Assembly (NCBI GenBank): GCA_045863855.1
Contig: BTVV01000001.1
Span: 64,001 to 128,000, forward strand
Length of the DNA: 64,000 nt
Direction of reading: 5' to 3'
Source: Planctomycetota bacterium
Lineage (GTDB): Bacteria; Planctomycetota; SZUA-567; H5-PLA8
Part shown: piece by piece, positions 47,984-58,441 of the stretch
How the letters are laid out: every line of letters begins with the position of its first letter
Numbering within the stretch: the stretch's first letter is position 1
Program-made: the position numbers and the translations under genes
The notes under the pieces: model-generated
Databases searched by the model: none
What the model saw: the letters and a program-made list of their open reading frames with translations, nothing else
What the model was told of the DNA's origin: nothing

Positions 47984-50788
47984 CTACTTCCCGCGCTTCG
48001 CTTCCAGTCCCTGCAGGTAGGTTTTGAGTTCGCTCAGTTCGTGCTGGTGCTCGCGGAAGTCCTTGTCGTTCCGGATCAGCTTGATGGCCGATTCGTAATC
48101 GCCGGCCTTCACGAACGGTTCCGCCTGCTTCTTCAGCCGGTCGGTGATGTCCAGCAGCAGCCCGTATTTTTCGTTTGCGGCCTTGGCTTTCGCCAGGAGC
48201 TCTTGAGCGCCATTCGCGGCGGCCGTGTCCTTGTAGTCGCGCAGGATCTTGTTGCAGAGCACCACGGCGACCTGCAGCGCGTCGCCGCCCTGTTCCATCG
48301 CCTTCTGCGCGCGGTCCAGTTCGCGCGCGGCGGCTTCTTCGTTCGCCTGATTCTTGCCCGAGGCCCGCGCCGCCTCGATTTGCGCCATCGCGTTCTTGAT
48401 GTCGCTCACCTTCGGCGTGTCGGCCCACTTCGAGGCCAGATCGGTCAGCACTTTTTCCACCGCGTCGGCTGCGCCGGCGCCGAACTGCTTCAGCAGCCCC
48501 AACTGGCGTCCCATCTCGTCCTCGTCCTTCTTCCACGCGCTGTCCAAAAGCGAGCGTGCGGCGTCCACCTTCTGCCGGGCTTCGTCGAACTTGCTGCGGA
48601 ACTTCGCGTCGATCTCCTGGCAGCGCCGGAACGCCTGCGACCACTGTTCCTTGCGCATCGCTTCGTCGAGATCCTGCAGCTTTGTCGCCAGAATCTGCTT
48701 CTCGCTGACATTTTCCGGGGCCAGTTCCACCGCCAGTTCGCGGTCGAAGCGGACCTCCACGTAGCGCCGCAGTCCCTCGCGCTTGGTGCTCAGATAAACC
48801 GGGCTCGAAAAGTTGAGGTACAGTTGCGGGCGCTGCCCGATGTTGAAGGTGACGTCCGTGACGCCCTTTTCGCCGCGCGCGTCGGCCGCCTGCAAGCGCT
48901 CCTGCTTGCCGCCGACGCCCAGCTCCACTTCCCCCAGCGCCTGCGCGCCTTCCAGATAGAACGTCAGGCGCGGCTTCCCGGTGCTCCCCGGCTGCGGGTC
49001 GATGGCGAAGCGGACTTCCACGCCTCCCGCGCCGGGATTGGCCTGCACCAGATAGTTCGTCGGGCTCTGCAATTGGAAGTCGTACAGCCGTCCGCGGAAC
49101 GTGGCCTTGCCGCTCTCGTCGGTGATCTGCGGCTGAATCGCGCTCTCCAGGCCCGAGACGATCTTGTCGTCGGTGCTGGCCAGCGCCAGTTGGGCTTCCG
49201 TCAGCGAAGTGACGCCCGAGACCGAGGCGCTGAAGATGCCCGCGCCGCCTTCGAAGTTCACCGCGATTTGCCCGAAGCGCACCGATGGCGTGGCCGGCGC
49301 GCCCGCGCCTTCGGCCAGCTTGAAGTTCAGGTTGTCGAAGCTCGCTTTGCCTTCGCGCCCTTCGGTGAAGACGCTCAAGCGCACGCGGTCGGCCCACGGC
49401 GGCGGGCGGCGGATCGCGCTGCGTTCTTTCCACGGCTGATTGCCCACCAGCACCACCGCGGGCTCGGGCAGCTTGCGGTCGCCTTTCTCCCACTGCAGCC
49501 GCAGTCCCACCAGCCCGTCGCCGTCGTTCTTCAGCCAGCCGCTTACTTCGTAGCTCTTGGCCGGATCGACGGGGCACGTGTCCAGGGTCTCGGCGAAGCT
49601 TCGCGTCGAGGGCGACGTCGCGCCCGACTTGTGGATCACCAGGCCCTTCGCGATCTCCGGCTTGGGCTCCACCGGCGCTTGCGCTTCGGCGTCGACGGTG
49701 ATCCGCACCACGCCCGGCTGGCCCGGCAGCGGCTTCCAGCCGATCGGGTTGCCCTGGTCGTCCACGTCCTTGCTGAAGTCGGCGTTCTCGAGCCGGATCT
49801 CGGCCACCGGCGGGCCGGACGGTGTGATCGGCGTGACGAGCGGATCGACCGGCGGCGGATCGTCCTTGGGCAGGAAGAACACCACCCCCGCCACGATCGC
49901 CAGGAAGATCGCCACCGCCACCGCGCCCAGCACGCCCTGCTTGGGCATCGCGCCGGGTTTCGACGGGCGCTCCGCGATCTGCTGCTCCAGCTTCTCGGGA
50001 TCCAGCACCACCGTCCCGAACAGTTCGTCCTCCGCCTGCGCCTTGCCCACGTTCTTGTATTCGAAGATCGTCTTGCCGATCTTGATCTGCATGCCCACCG
50101 AGAGCGGCGTCTTGACGATCTTCTCGAAGTCCGCCGCGCCGCGCGCCTTCGCGCGCGTCCCGTTCGTCGAACCCAGATCGCTGATCACGTACCCGATCGG
50201 TTCTTTCTTCACTTCGGCGTGGAAGCTGCTCGAGGCTTCGTCGGTGATCTTGATCGTGTTCGACGGTTTGCGCCCGATCGTCAGCGGGTCCAGGCCCAGT
50301 TCGTAGCGCTTCCCCTGGTCGGGGCCCTCGATCACCTCCAGCACGTACTTGGGCTTGTCGGTTTCCTGCCCCTTGGCGTGCTCTTCGGCGAACGCGCGCG
50401 CCTTGCCGGCCGCGTCCTGGTCCAGGTCCACCGTGCCTTCCAGGTCGATCTCGTCGTCCGGCACCGGCGGCGGCTTCGTCGTGTCGATCTTGCGCGCTTC
50501 GCCGGGCCCTTCGAAGCGGAACGTCGTCATTCCGATCCGCAGCACGTCGCCCGGGCAGAGCAGATCCGTCGCCACTTTTTCTTCGTTCAGCCGCGTCCCG
50601 TTCGTCGAACCCAGGTCCACTACGCGGAAGCGTTCGCCATTGCGCTCCACGCGGAAGTGGTTCCGCGAAGACTTTTTGTCGGTGATCTGGATCGTGTTGT
50701 TCGAAGAGCGCCCGATCGTCGTCACGTCGTCGGTCAGTTCGTGTACGCGTTCGGCATCGGTCTCGTCTTTGATGATCAGCTTGGCCAT
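47984..50788 (-). CDS. membrane protein with two FHA domains and a large extracytoplasmic region
   Basis: IGRSSNN..SSRNH..DLGSTNGT and IGRKP..SSFH..DLGSTNGT; TM helix; CBM-like segment (LENADF, YEVSGWLK, FDNL). Confidence 0.88.
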   Translation of the reverse strand: MAKLIIKDETDAERVHELTDDVTTIGRSSNNTIQITDKKSSRNHFRVERNGERFRVVDLGSTNGTRLNEEKVATDLLCPGDVLRIGMTTFRFEGPGEARKIDTTKPPPVPDDEIDLEGTVDLDQDAAGKARAFAEEHAKGQETDKPKYVLEVIEGPDQGKRYELGLDPLTIGRKPSNTIKITDEASSSFHAEVKKEPIGYVISDLGSTNGTRAKARGAADFEKIVKTPLSVGMQIKIGKTIFEYKNVGKAQAEDELFGTVVLDPEKLEQQIAERPSKPGAMPKQGVLGAVAVAIFLAIVAGVVFFLPKDDPPPVDPLVTPITPSGPPVAEIRLENADFSKDVDDQGNPIGWKPLPGQPGVVRITVDAEAQAPVEPKPEIAKGLVIHKSGATSPSTRSFAETLDTCPVDPAKSYEVSGWLKNDGDGLVGLRLQWEKGDRKLPEPAVVLVGNQPWKERSAIRRPPPWADRVRLSVFTEGREGKASFDNLNFKLAEGAGAPATPSVRFGQIAVNFEGGAGIFSASVSGVTSLTEAQLALASTDDKIVSGLESAIQPQITDESGKATFRGRLYDFQLQSPTNYLVQANPGAGGVEVRFAIDPQPGSTGKPRLTFYLEGAQALGEVELGVGGKQERLQAADARGEKGVTDVTFNIGQRPQLYLNFSSPVYLSTKREGLRRYVEVRFDRELAVELAPENVSEKQILATKLQDLDEAMRKEQWSQAFRRCQEIDAKFRSKFDEARQKVDAARSLLDSAWKKDEDEMGRQLGLLKQFGAGAADAVEKVLTDLASKWADTPKVSDIKNAMAQIEAARASGKNQANEEAAARELDRAQKAMEQGGDALQVAVVLCNKILRDYKDTAAANGAQELLAKAKAANEKYGLLLDITDRLKKQAEPFVKAGDYESAIKLIRNDKDFREHQHELSELKTYLQGLEAKRGK

Positions 50789-51089
50789 GCGGGTATCAGC
50801 TCATCGAAGCAGGGGGGCCTATCCGACACGCCCCAATCTGCACCCGGATCGATCTCCAGGCGCGCATGCAACTTTCTTTAAGACACACACTTATAGCGTA
50901 GCCCAGCACACGTGCAACCAACCCTGCACGCGCGCCGATGCTTGGACGGGACAAGCCGCGTTTTCCTGCATGCACCTCGCCGAAAACGTCCGCGTTCGAT
51001 GCATTAATCTTTTAACTGTAAGGAGTTGGATCGATTGTATCAAAGCTTGGAAATAGCCCGCGCACAAACTGCACCGTGCTTTTCTTACC

Positions 51090-51884
51090 TTAATGGTCCG
51101 CTCGCGGCGGCGTAAAGCGCAGCGCCAGGAACGCCACCGCTCCACCCGCCAACCCGAAGATGCCCACCTGCGCCCAGCCCATCGTCGCGCCGCCGGGAAG
51201 CTGGCCTTCCAACTGCCCCACCGTGGCCGTTCCGGGGCTGACGCGCAGCAGCGCGTCCACCCACGTCCGCATCGTCGCGGCTTCGACGCTCGGATTGGCC
51301 GACCAGCCCATGTAGCCGGGCGGCGTCGAACGGAACAGTTCGGCCACCAGATACGCGCCCATCGGAGCGCCGACGGCCCAAAAAAGCGCCACCCCCGGAT
51401 ACGCGCGCGGCCAGCACCCGGCCAGCAGCACCGCCAGCATCGCGCACAACCCCACGCTCGCGCTCGCCCGCATCAAGCCGCCCGCATCCACTGGCGTCAT
51501 GCGCGAAGCGATCAATAAAAAGTATGCGCACGCCGCGGCCTGCCAGCATCCCACGAAGCCCGCGCGGATCAGAAACGCGCGCCGTGTTTCGTTGGCGTGA
51601 GCCGCCTCGCCCCAAGCCGGCGCCAGCAGCAGCGCCAGCGCCACCGCCGTCCCCGCCAGCAGCCCCGGCAACGCAGCCGGTTGCAGCGCCGCGCCGCCCG
51701 GCAACCACGCGGGCGCGCCCAGCGCCGCGGCGCTCACCACCAGCGCCTGGCCCAAAGCCACCGCGCCCAGGCTCCACACCAGCCGCCGCGTGATCAGCGC
51801 GTTCCCGCGCGGCGGCGCCTGCTCCAGTTCGATCGCTTCCGCCGCCATCGTGGGCCGCCTCGATTGGTCCCGCTGCTCTGTCAA
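51090..51884 (-). CDS. hypothetical integral membrane protein
   Basis: about six hydrophobic segments; start uncertain. Confidence 0.7.
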   Translation of the reverse strand: MTEQRDQSRRPTMAAEAIELEQAPPRGNALITRRLVWSLGAVALGQALVVSAAALGAPAWLPGGAALQPAALPGLLAGTAVALALLLAPAWGEAAHANETRRAFLIRAGFVGCWQAAACAYFLLIASRMTPVDAGGLMRASASVGLCAMLAVLLAGCWPRAYPGVALFWAVGAPMGAYLVAELFRSTPPGYMGWSANPSVEAATMRTWVDALLRVSPGTATVGQLEGQLPGGATMGWAQVGIFGLAGGAVAFLALRFTPPRADH

Positions 51885-52196
51885 CGTACCGGCATCCGGC
51901 GCGGTTTAGATCGTTTCAGCTTACGCGCTTTCCACGGCTTCTCCACGAGTCTCTTCACAGCCGCCGCTGCGCCGGCGAGGCCTCCCATGGTCTTACCCGT
52001 TCCGCACTCGATTCTTCCAAGCATGGAGAAACGGTGGAAAACCTGCCGCGCCCGCGCGTCCTTTTTATGGCCGCGTTTTTGACGCCGAAAAATTCTCGCG
52101 TCCTTTTTGCTGCGAAGGGCTTGGAGTCCTTGAGCGTGGCCGCCGCGACCGCTACGCTGGCGCTTGGCTTGGTCGCGTATTTCCAAGGAGCCTGCG

Positions 52197-53483
52197 TTGC
52201 GCATTCCGCGAGTCATCACGGTCATGAATCAGAAGGGCGGCGTCGGCAAGACCACGACGACGCTCAACGTCGGCGCTTCGCTGGCCCACTTGGGCAAGCG
52301 CGTTCTCTTGATCGACCTCGACCCGCAGGCCAACCTGACCCACGGCCTCTCCATGCTCGCGAAGGACCTCTCCGAATCCGTCTACGAGCTGCTGCTCAAT
52401 CCCCACGTCGTCGCCTCGAACCTGATCCAAAGCACGCCTTGGCCGGGGCTGGACATCGTGCCCAGCCACATCGACCTCTCGGGCGCGGAGATCGAACTGG
52501 TCCCGGTGATGGGCCGCGAGACGCGCCTGGCGCGCGCGCTGGCGCCGGTCCGCGACCGGTACGATTACGTCTTCATCGACTGCCTGCCCAGCCTCTCGCT
52601 GCTGACCGTCAACGCCATGGTCGCCGCGAACGAAGCGCTCGTACCGCTGCAAGCGCACCCCTTCGCGCTCGAAGGCTTGGGCAAACTTTTCGAAGTCGTC
52701 GGCATGCTCCGCGAAGCGCTCAACCCCGATCTGCGCGTCAGCGCCGTCCTCGTCACGCTCTTCGACAGCCGCACCAACGTGAACCGCGAGACGCTCAAGC
52801 GCCTGCAGGGCGATCCGCGCCTCGCGCCGCATCTGCTCGGCACGCTGGTCCGGAACAACATCAAGATCGCCGAGAGCCAGAAAGACGGCGTGCCGGTCCT
52901 CCACTACGACGCGGCGTGCGCCGGCGCGAAAGCCTATCTGCGCGTGGCCGAAGAACTCCTCGAGATGGAACGCAGCGGCTGTCTGGCCAGCGAGGCCGCC
53001 AAGCTGCTCGAAAAGCGCGAACGCGCCGAAGGCAAGCCCGCGCAGGGGGAAACGGCCGACGACGACGCGCCGGTGCGCGCCCGCGCCAAGCGCGCTCCGG
53101 CGGGCAAACCCGAGGCGCCAGCGGAAGAACCGGCCCCCGCGCCGGCCGAAGCGTCCGTCGCCGCGCAGGCCGGCCGCGCCATTCACGAAGCGCTGCACGC
53201 CGCCCCGCCGACCGCGCCCGAACCCGTCCCGGCGCCGCACGCCGAGGCCGAAGCTTCGAACCGCTTTCCGCACGCACCGGAAAGCGCCGCGCAACCCGAA
53301 TCGAGCGCGCTGTCCGGAGCCGATGGAGAAGCAGGGAAAGTTGTAGCGGAAAAAGAACCGAACGAGCCCGTCGCCGGGCCGCTCCGCGCGCCCGCCGAAC
53401 GCCTCGGCACGCGCAGTGACGCGTCGCTCCGGCCGCGCCTGCATGCGGTCCCCTACCACGGTACGCGCCCCGTCCGGAAGTAA
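52197..53483 (+). CDS. ParA/Soj family ATPase with long low-complexity C-terminal tail
   Basis: [34 protein letters not shown] before TTG 52197. Confidence 0.9.
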   Translation: MRIPRVITVMNQKGGVGKTTTTLNVGASLAHLGKRVLLIDLDPQANLTHGLSMLAKDLSESVYELLLNPHVVASNLIQSTPWPGLDIVPSHIDLSGAEIELVPVMGRETRLARALAPVRDRYDYVFIDCLPSLSLLTVNAMVAANEALVPLQAHPFALEGLGKLFEVVGMLREALNPDLRVSAVLVTLFDSRTNVNRETLKRLQGDPRLAPHLLGTLVRNNIKIAESQKDGVPVLHYDAACAGAKAYLRVAEELLEMERSGCLASEAAKLLEKRERAEGKPAQGETADDDAPVRARAKRAPAGKPEAPAEEPAPAPAEASVAAQAGRAIHEALHAAPPTAPEPVPAPHAEAEASNRFPHAPESAAQPESSALSGADGEAGKVVAEKEPNEPVAGPLRAPAERLGTRSDASLRPRLHAVPYHGTRPVRK

Positions 53484-53617
53484 ACCGGCCGCTCGGCAAG
53501 GGCCTTTCAATTTTTCAATCAACCCGTGTGCCGTCGGCACACCAGAGTTCGGATTCGTCATCGCCAAGAGCTGAAAGGCTCTTGCCGCTCAGCTTCGCCT
53601 GCGGGCGAAAGGCGCGC

Positions 53618-54808
53618 TTACTCGCCGCCGATCTTGTACAGGTGCGCGTCCCAGGGCTTGAACTCGTCCTTCAGGACGCCGTCCGCCACGTCCACCGTGC
53701 GGTCCTCGCCCAATACCTTCGCCTTAGCCGCGCCGCTCAGACCGGCGATCTTGAACGAGGCCGTCGTGGTTCCGTCGCGCATGCCCACCGCGAAGAGGTA
53801 CGTCGCGCCGCCGTGTCGCTTGACCATGCACTCGACGGGAACTTTCGCGTTCGAGGTCTCGACGCTCGCGCCGTCTTTCACGCTCGGGCTGTTCAGCACC
53901 GGCGCCAGTTCGTGGATCTGTTTGTTGATCTTTGTGATCGCCGCGAGCATCTCCGCGTCGGCCAGCATCCCCGCCTCGACGAACTTCGGTTTGAACTGGT
54001 GGCTGAAGTAAATGAGCCCCTTCGCGCCGCGCACCAGCGCCATCCAGACTTCGCAGCGCACCTGATGCGGCGTCGCCTTCGCATCCGGGTTGCTGATATG
54101 CGTGCATTCGATGCATGTCCAGACCGGCTTTTCGTCCTTCGACCACTCGCGCAAGCGCTTCACGCCGTCGGCGACGAACCAGAGTTTGCCCGCGACTTCC
54201 TTGTTTCCGTGGCAGGCCGGGTAAATATCGAAGCTGACCAAATCGCAGCCCTTCACGTACTCCGGATAGTCTTCGGGCTTGTTGGTGCGCACGCCGCGCC
54301 CGAACCAGTTGTCCCACGCCACGCCCTGGCCGAGGTTCAAGATCACCGGGCGGCTCGGGTCGCGCTCCTTGATCGCCTTGTAGTCTTCCACGATCTTTTC
54401 GGGCGCGATCGGCGGACCGTAGCCTTTGCCCGTGCCCAGCGACTGCGCGTTGTCCGGCTCGTCGCCGTGCATCCAGCCGACGATCGTCGGATCGTCCAGC
54501 CGCGTACGCGCCAGCTCGTTCTGATCGCAGATTACTTTCATCCCGTGCTTCTTGAGTTCGTCGAGCTGCTCGGCGGTCGGGCCTTTCCAGAGCCCCACGT
54601 ACACGTTGATCCCCGCTTCTTTGTACTTAGGCGCGGCGGCCGGAGCTTGCAGCCAGACGCAGACCGGAAAGAAGGAGGGATCCGATGGCGGACCGTTCTT
54701 CCACGCGGCGTACGGATTACCGCCCTGTCCTTCTTCCGCGGACACGCCCAGACTTAAAGCCAGGCCCGTAAGCGCCAGCGCGAACAAGCCTGCGTTCAAC
54801 ATCTGCAT
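53618..54808 (-). CDS. exported glycoside-hydrolase-like protein
   Basis: signal peptide; VGWMHGDEPD, SFDIYP, GAKGLIYF TIM-barrel-like motifs. Confidence 0.7.
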   Translation of the reverse strand: MQMLNAGLFALALTGLALSLGVSAEEGQGGNPYAAWKNGPPSDPSFFPVCVWLQAPAAAPKYKEAGINVYVGLWKGPTAEQLDELKKHGMKVICDQNELARTRLDDPTIVGWMHGDEPDNAQSLGTGKGYGPPIAPEKIVEDYKAIKERDPSRPVILNLGQGVAWDNWFGRGVRTNKPEDYPEYVKGCDLVSFDIYPACHGNKEVAGKLWFVADGVKRLREWSKDEKPVWTCIECTHISNPDAKATPHQVRCEVWMALVRGAKGLIYFSHQFKPKFVEAGMLADAEMLAAITKINKQIHELAPVLNSPSVKDGASVETSNAKVPVECMVKRHGGATYLFAVGMRDGTTTASFKIAGLSGAAKAKVLGEDRTVDVADGVLKDEFKPWDAHLYKIGGE

Positions 54809-55273
54809 GGTGAAGCTCCTTAAATGAACGTTCGCACATCCTGCGTGAGTATTAGCAAAAACTCGGTTCGGTCCACGAGTTCGTACACCGCGACGCGGTG
54901 GTCATAGACTGCTAATATTCGGGCAAGCTGCGCGGTTTCAAGCGCCGCGGCCTTCCTTGCAGGCTTGACCGATAAGCCGCAGGCCTCTTCAAACACGTCT
55001 TCTGCGGAACATTTTTGCGCGCTCGTGCATTCCCCTAAACCACAAAGCGTATGTTGGTTCCCAGGTGCAGGACACTCTTGTGCGCAAGTGCAGCACGGTG
55101 AAAACGGTGCAACAAGGAAGCAGCATCTCGCAATCAACCGTAATCCACGGTAGATTAAAGGGTGTGACGCTCTGCCAAGGCTTTACAGCCGCGTGTGCGA
55201 GACGGGTTCACGGGGTGCACTCGCGGTTGAAGTAAGCTTTCGGAGCCCAGACGGACCTGAAAGGCCCGCCTGA

Positions 55274-56422
55274 ATGTCGACTACTTCGATGTCTCCCGCT
55301 CCGGCCTCTAAGATTCGCGGCCGGCGCAGGCAATTAGGTCCCTACGAGCTTCTTAAAAAGCTCGGCCAGGGCGCCATGGGCGCCGTGTACTTGGCGCGGC
55401 ACGAGCAGACCGGGCAGAAGGTCGCGCTCAAAGTGCTGCCCCCCGACATGGCCGAAGACCACGAATTTCTCGAACGCTTTCGACGCGAAATGCGCGCGAT
55501 GGTCCGCTTGCGCCATCCCAACGTCGTCGCCGCTTACGACGTCGGCGAGGTCGACGGCTTTCATTACATTGCCATGGAGTTCGTCGACGGCGAAGACCTC
55601 GAAGACGGCTTCCGCCACTTCCCCAACAAGCGCTATCCGGCGACCGAGATCATCAAGATCGCGCGCAGCATCGCCCATGCACTGGCCGCGGCCAGCGAAC
55701 TCGGCATCGTCCACCGCGACATCAAGCCCGCGAACATCCTTAAGGACGAGAACGGACACTACAAGCTCACCGACTTGGGCCTCGCCGCCCGCGTTCTCGA
55801 CGACGAACGCGTGACGCAGACGGGTCTCGCCGTGGGCACGCCGTACTACATCTCGCCCGAACAGGCGCAGGGCTACGAGAACGTCGACGTCCGAGCCGAC
55901 ATTTACAGCCTCGGGGCGACGCTGTACCACCTCGCCACCGGGCAGCTTCCGTTCCCCGACGAGAACGCGGTGGTCGTGATGACCCGGCACGTGCAGGAAG
56001 AACTGCGCCCGCCCAGCGAGCTGATCCCCGATCTGCCCAAGCCGATCTGCCGGCTGATCGTCAAGATGATGGCCAAGCGTCCCGCCGACCGGCACAAGGA
56101 CGCCAAGGAACTACTCGCCGATATCGAAGGCATCGCCAAGGGCGAAGTTCCGCACCTCAAGCGTGCGCGCGCCACCAAAGCCGGGACGTCGCTGAATCCC
56201 AGCATGCCGCCCGCGCCGGTCCCGCCGCCACCGGCAGTACCCGCGGCGCCGCGTGCGCCCGAATCGCGCACCGCCGGCGAATTGGGCGCCGCCAGCGGAG
56301 CCACGCCCAGCGGCCGCAAACGCAAACCCCAGCTCGCCCCTTGGAAATGGTACGCCTTCTGGGCCGGCCTCACCGTTTCCGCCATCCTGGTCGGTTTCGC
56401 CGTACGCGCGTTGATGCACTGA
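55274..56422 (+). CDS. Ser/Thr protein kinase, C-terminal TM anchor
   Basis: GQGAMG, VALK, RFRRE, HRDIKPAN, DLG, GTPYYISPE. Confidence 0.95.
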   Translation: MSTTSMSPAPASKIRGRRRQLGPYELLKKLGQGAMGAVYLARHEQTGQKVALKVLPPDMAEDHEFLERFRREMRAMVRLRHPNVVAAYDVGEVDGFHYIAMEFVDGEDLEDGFRHFPNKRYPATEIIKIARSIAHALAAASELGIVHRDIKPANILKDENGHYKLTDLGLAARVLDDERVTQTGLAVGTPYYISPEQAQGYENVDVRADIYSLGATLYHLATGQLPFPDENAVVVMTRHVQEELRPPSELIPDLPKPICRLIVKMMAKRPADRHKDAKELLADIEGIAKGEVPHLKRARATKAGTSLNPSMPPAPVPPPPAVPAAPRAPESRTAGELGAASGATPSGRKRKPQLAPWKWYAFWAGLTVSAILVGFAVRALMH

Positions 56423-56491
56423 CCGCCTTCCGCCGCTGAATCCCCCCGTCTCGGACTTGCCTCGCCGCGGGGATCGCGCGATTATGGACTT

Positions 56492-57085
56492 ATGGCCGAC
56501 GATGAAAAGCAGGGCCGTCCGATCCTGGCCACGATGGTGGGCTGCGCAGGGTTGCTGTTCATCCCGGTGCTGCTGCTGGGCGTGATCGGGTATTCCGGCT
56601 GGAGGCTCTGGGGTCCCCCAAGTGATTCCGGCGCTCCGAAGCCCCCCGCGTCCGGAACGGCCGGCAACGCAGGCCGCTTCAGCGCCGAAGAGGAAATCTA
56701 CGTCCGCGCCCTGATCGAGCGGTTGGGCATCGAAGACCCCGCGGCCAATCGCAAAGCCTGGAGCGACTTGCAGCCGTTTCACCGCCGCGACCGCGACCGC
56801 GTGCGGCAGTTGATGCTCGAAGCCCTCGCGCGCGCCACGAATCCGCTTTTGCTGCGTTCGCTCGTGTGGGGCCTGTGCCGCTACTACGACGAAGCCGGAC
56901 GCGCTGGCATGCTCCAGATCGCCGGGCAGCGCCGTAACCAGCCTCAAGTCATCGATGCCATGCGCTCGGGCATCGTCTCGCTGGCGGATTCGGACGCGGC
57001 GCTGGGCAACCAGATGCTCCAGCGCTTCGACCAGGCCGTCGGCCGCACCGGCGCGCAGCCGGCCGATCCCCGCGACGAGTACTGA
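56492..57085 (+). CDS. hypothetical membrane-anchored protein
   Basis: N-terminal TM helix, helical remainder; co-oriented with both neighbours. Confidence 0.65.
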   Translation: MADDEKQGRPILATMVGCAGLLFIPVLLLGVIGYSGWRLWGPPSDSGAPKPPASGTAGNAGRFSAEEEIYVRALIERLGIEDPAANRKAWSDLQPFHRRDRDRVRQLMLEALARATNPLLLRSLVWGLCRYYDEAGRAGMLQIAGQRRNQPQVIDAMRSGIVSLADSDAALGNQMLQRFDQAVGRTGAQPADPRDEY

Positions 57086-57097
57086 TCGGGAACCCGC

Positions 57098-57907
57098 ATG
57101 CCCGGCCCCAACGACGCCAATCAGCGCTACCACGACCGCGTGGCTCCGCGTTACGACGAGATCTACCGCGGCCCGCGTTGGGACGCTTGGTACGAACTGT
57201 CCTGGGACGGCCTGAAACCCCACATCCCCTCCGACCTCCGCGCCCCCGTCGCCGATCTGGGCTGCGGCACCGGAAAGTACGGCCTGCGTCTGGCCAAAAG
57301 CGGCTACCACGTCACCTTCTCCGATCTCAGCCGCGAGATGCTCGAAGTCACGCTCCGCAAGGCTGCCGAGATCGGCGTCGAGACCGCCTGCGAGTTCATT
57401 CAGGCCGACGTGGTCGATCTGCGCGAACTGCGCGAGAACCACTTTGCGCTCGCCATCGCCCAAGGCGACGTGCTCTCGTTCGCCACCTCGCCGCCCAAGG
57501 CGCTGCGCGAGATCCACCGCCTGCTCCGTCCCGGCGGCATCCTCGTCGCGTCCGTCGATCAGACCTACGCGGCGCTCGCACATTACGCCGAGAAGCTCGA
57601 CCTCGACGGCTTGCAGACGCTGATCCAGCGCGGCGATATGGAATGGCTGGCCCGCGAGAAGCACGAACGCTTTCCCGTGCACACCTTCAGCGCCGAAGAC
57701 CTCCAGCAGCTCCTCGCCAAATGCCGCTTCGAACTGCTGGACCTCTTCGGCAAGACCGTGCTGCCCTTCAAGGCGATGGACGAAGCCTTTGCCGACGAAG
57801 CCCGCGCGCGGCGCATTTTGGCGCTCGAGAAGAAGCTCTGCCGCAAGCCCTCGGCGCTGGGGCTCGCCAGCCACCTTCAGTTTGCCGCCCGCGCGCTGGA
57901 AAAATGA
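57098..57907 (+). CDS. class I SAM-dependent methyltransferase
   Basis: ADLGCGTG, DLSREML, LLRPGG. Confidence 0.92.
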   Translation: MPGPNDANQRYHDRVAPRYDEIYRGPRWDAWYELSWDGLKPHIPSDLRAPVADLGCGTGKYGLRLAKSGYHVTFSDLSREMLEVTLRKAAEIGVETACEFIQADVVDLRELRENHFALAIAQGDVLSFATSPPKALREIHRLLRPGGILVASVDQTYAALAHYAEKLDLDGLQTLIQRGDMEWLAREKHERFPVHTFSAEDLQQLLAKCRFELLDLFGKTVLPFKAMDEAFADEARARRILALEKKLCRKPSALGLASHLQFAARALEK

Positions 57908-58013
57908 GTGCCGATTTATGTCAGCGTGGTGAGCGTTGCTTGGAAGAGTTCACCAGAATACTACAAACATAAACCGAATAAAGCGGTCTAAACTGAAAGT
58001 ATACCGACTATTT

Positions 58014-58040
58014 TTGTCACCAAGGGAATCACGGTGACAA
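58014..58040. promoter_or_regulatory. inverted repeat, candidate transcription-factor site
   Basis: TTGTCACC-N11-GGTGACAA in an AT-rich intergenic region. Confidence 0.5.
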
Positions 58041-58149
58041 TAATTGACTATGTTGTTCCATCGAACAATCGCTAAACTACACCATGTGCAAGACTTACGT
58101 TAATGAGCGCGATTGGGATCGAGTGGCATGCAGGTTGTTATTGACGAAC

Positions 58150-58439
58150 TGCGTAAGCGGACGGTTGAGCGTCCTGATCTTTGACAATAGATTCAGTCGG
58201 CCTTTCAGAAGTGCGCCCCCCACTGATTCTGCAGTTTACGGATCGGCTCTCAAACGGCGGGTCCGTCCTCGAAGTCTCTTCCGCAGTGTGGTAGTTCCCT
58301 CGGGTCTGCTGGCAACAGGCCCCGCTGGCTGAATCGATTGTCCGGTACCCGGCGAAGCCCGAGATTGTACCGGTTACGGTGCAATCCCGGGCTTCAGTCG
58401 TTTCAAGGCGGTCCTTCTTCGGAAGGACCGCCTTTTTTT
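58150..58439 (+). ncRNA. candidate structured small RNA
   Basis: hairpins at 58302-58322 and 58354-58395, own + strand terminator, promoter-like motifs upstream, no convincing ORF. Confidence 0.5.
58405..58439 (+). terminator. rho-independent terminator
   Basis: AAGGCGGTCCTTC-TTCG-GAAGGACCGCCTT ending in a T7 run. Confidence 0.92.
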
Positions 58440-58441
58440 GT

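Noticed and set aside
48041..50881. 946-aa ORF on the plus strand
   Set aside because: Shadow of the FHA-domain gene
54820..55153. Short ORFs in the divergent intergenic region
   Set aside because: Lower-GC promoter-like region; translations lack motifs and RBS
58084..58332. 82-aa ORF
   Set aside because: No clear RBS, atypical composition, overlaps promoter-like motifs and RNA hairpins
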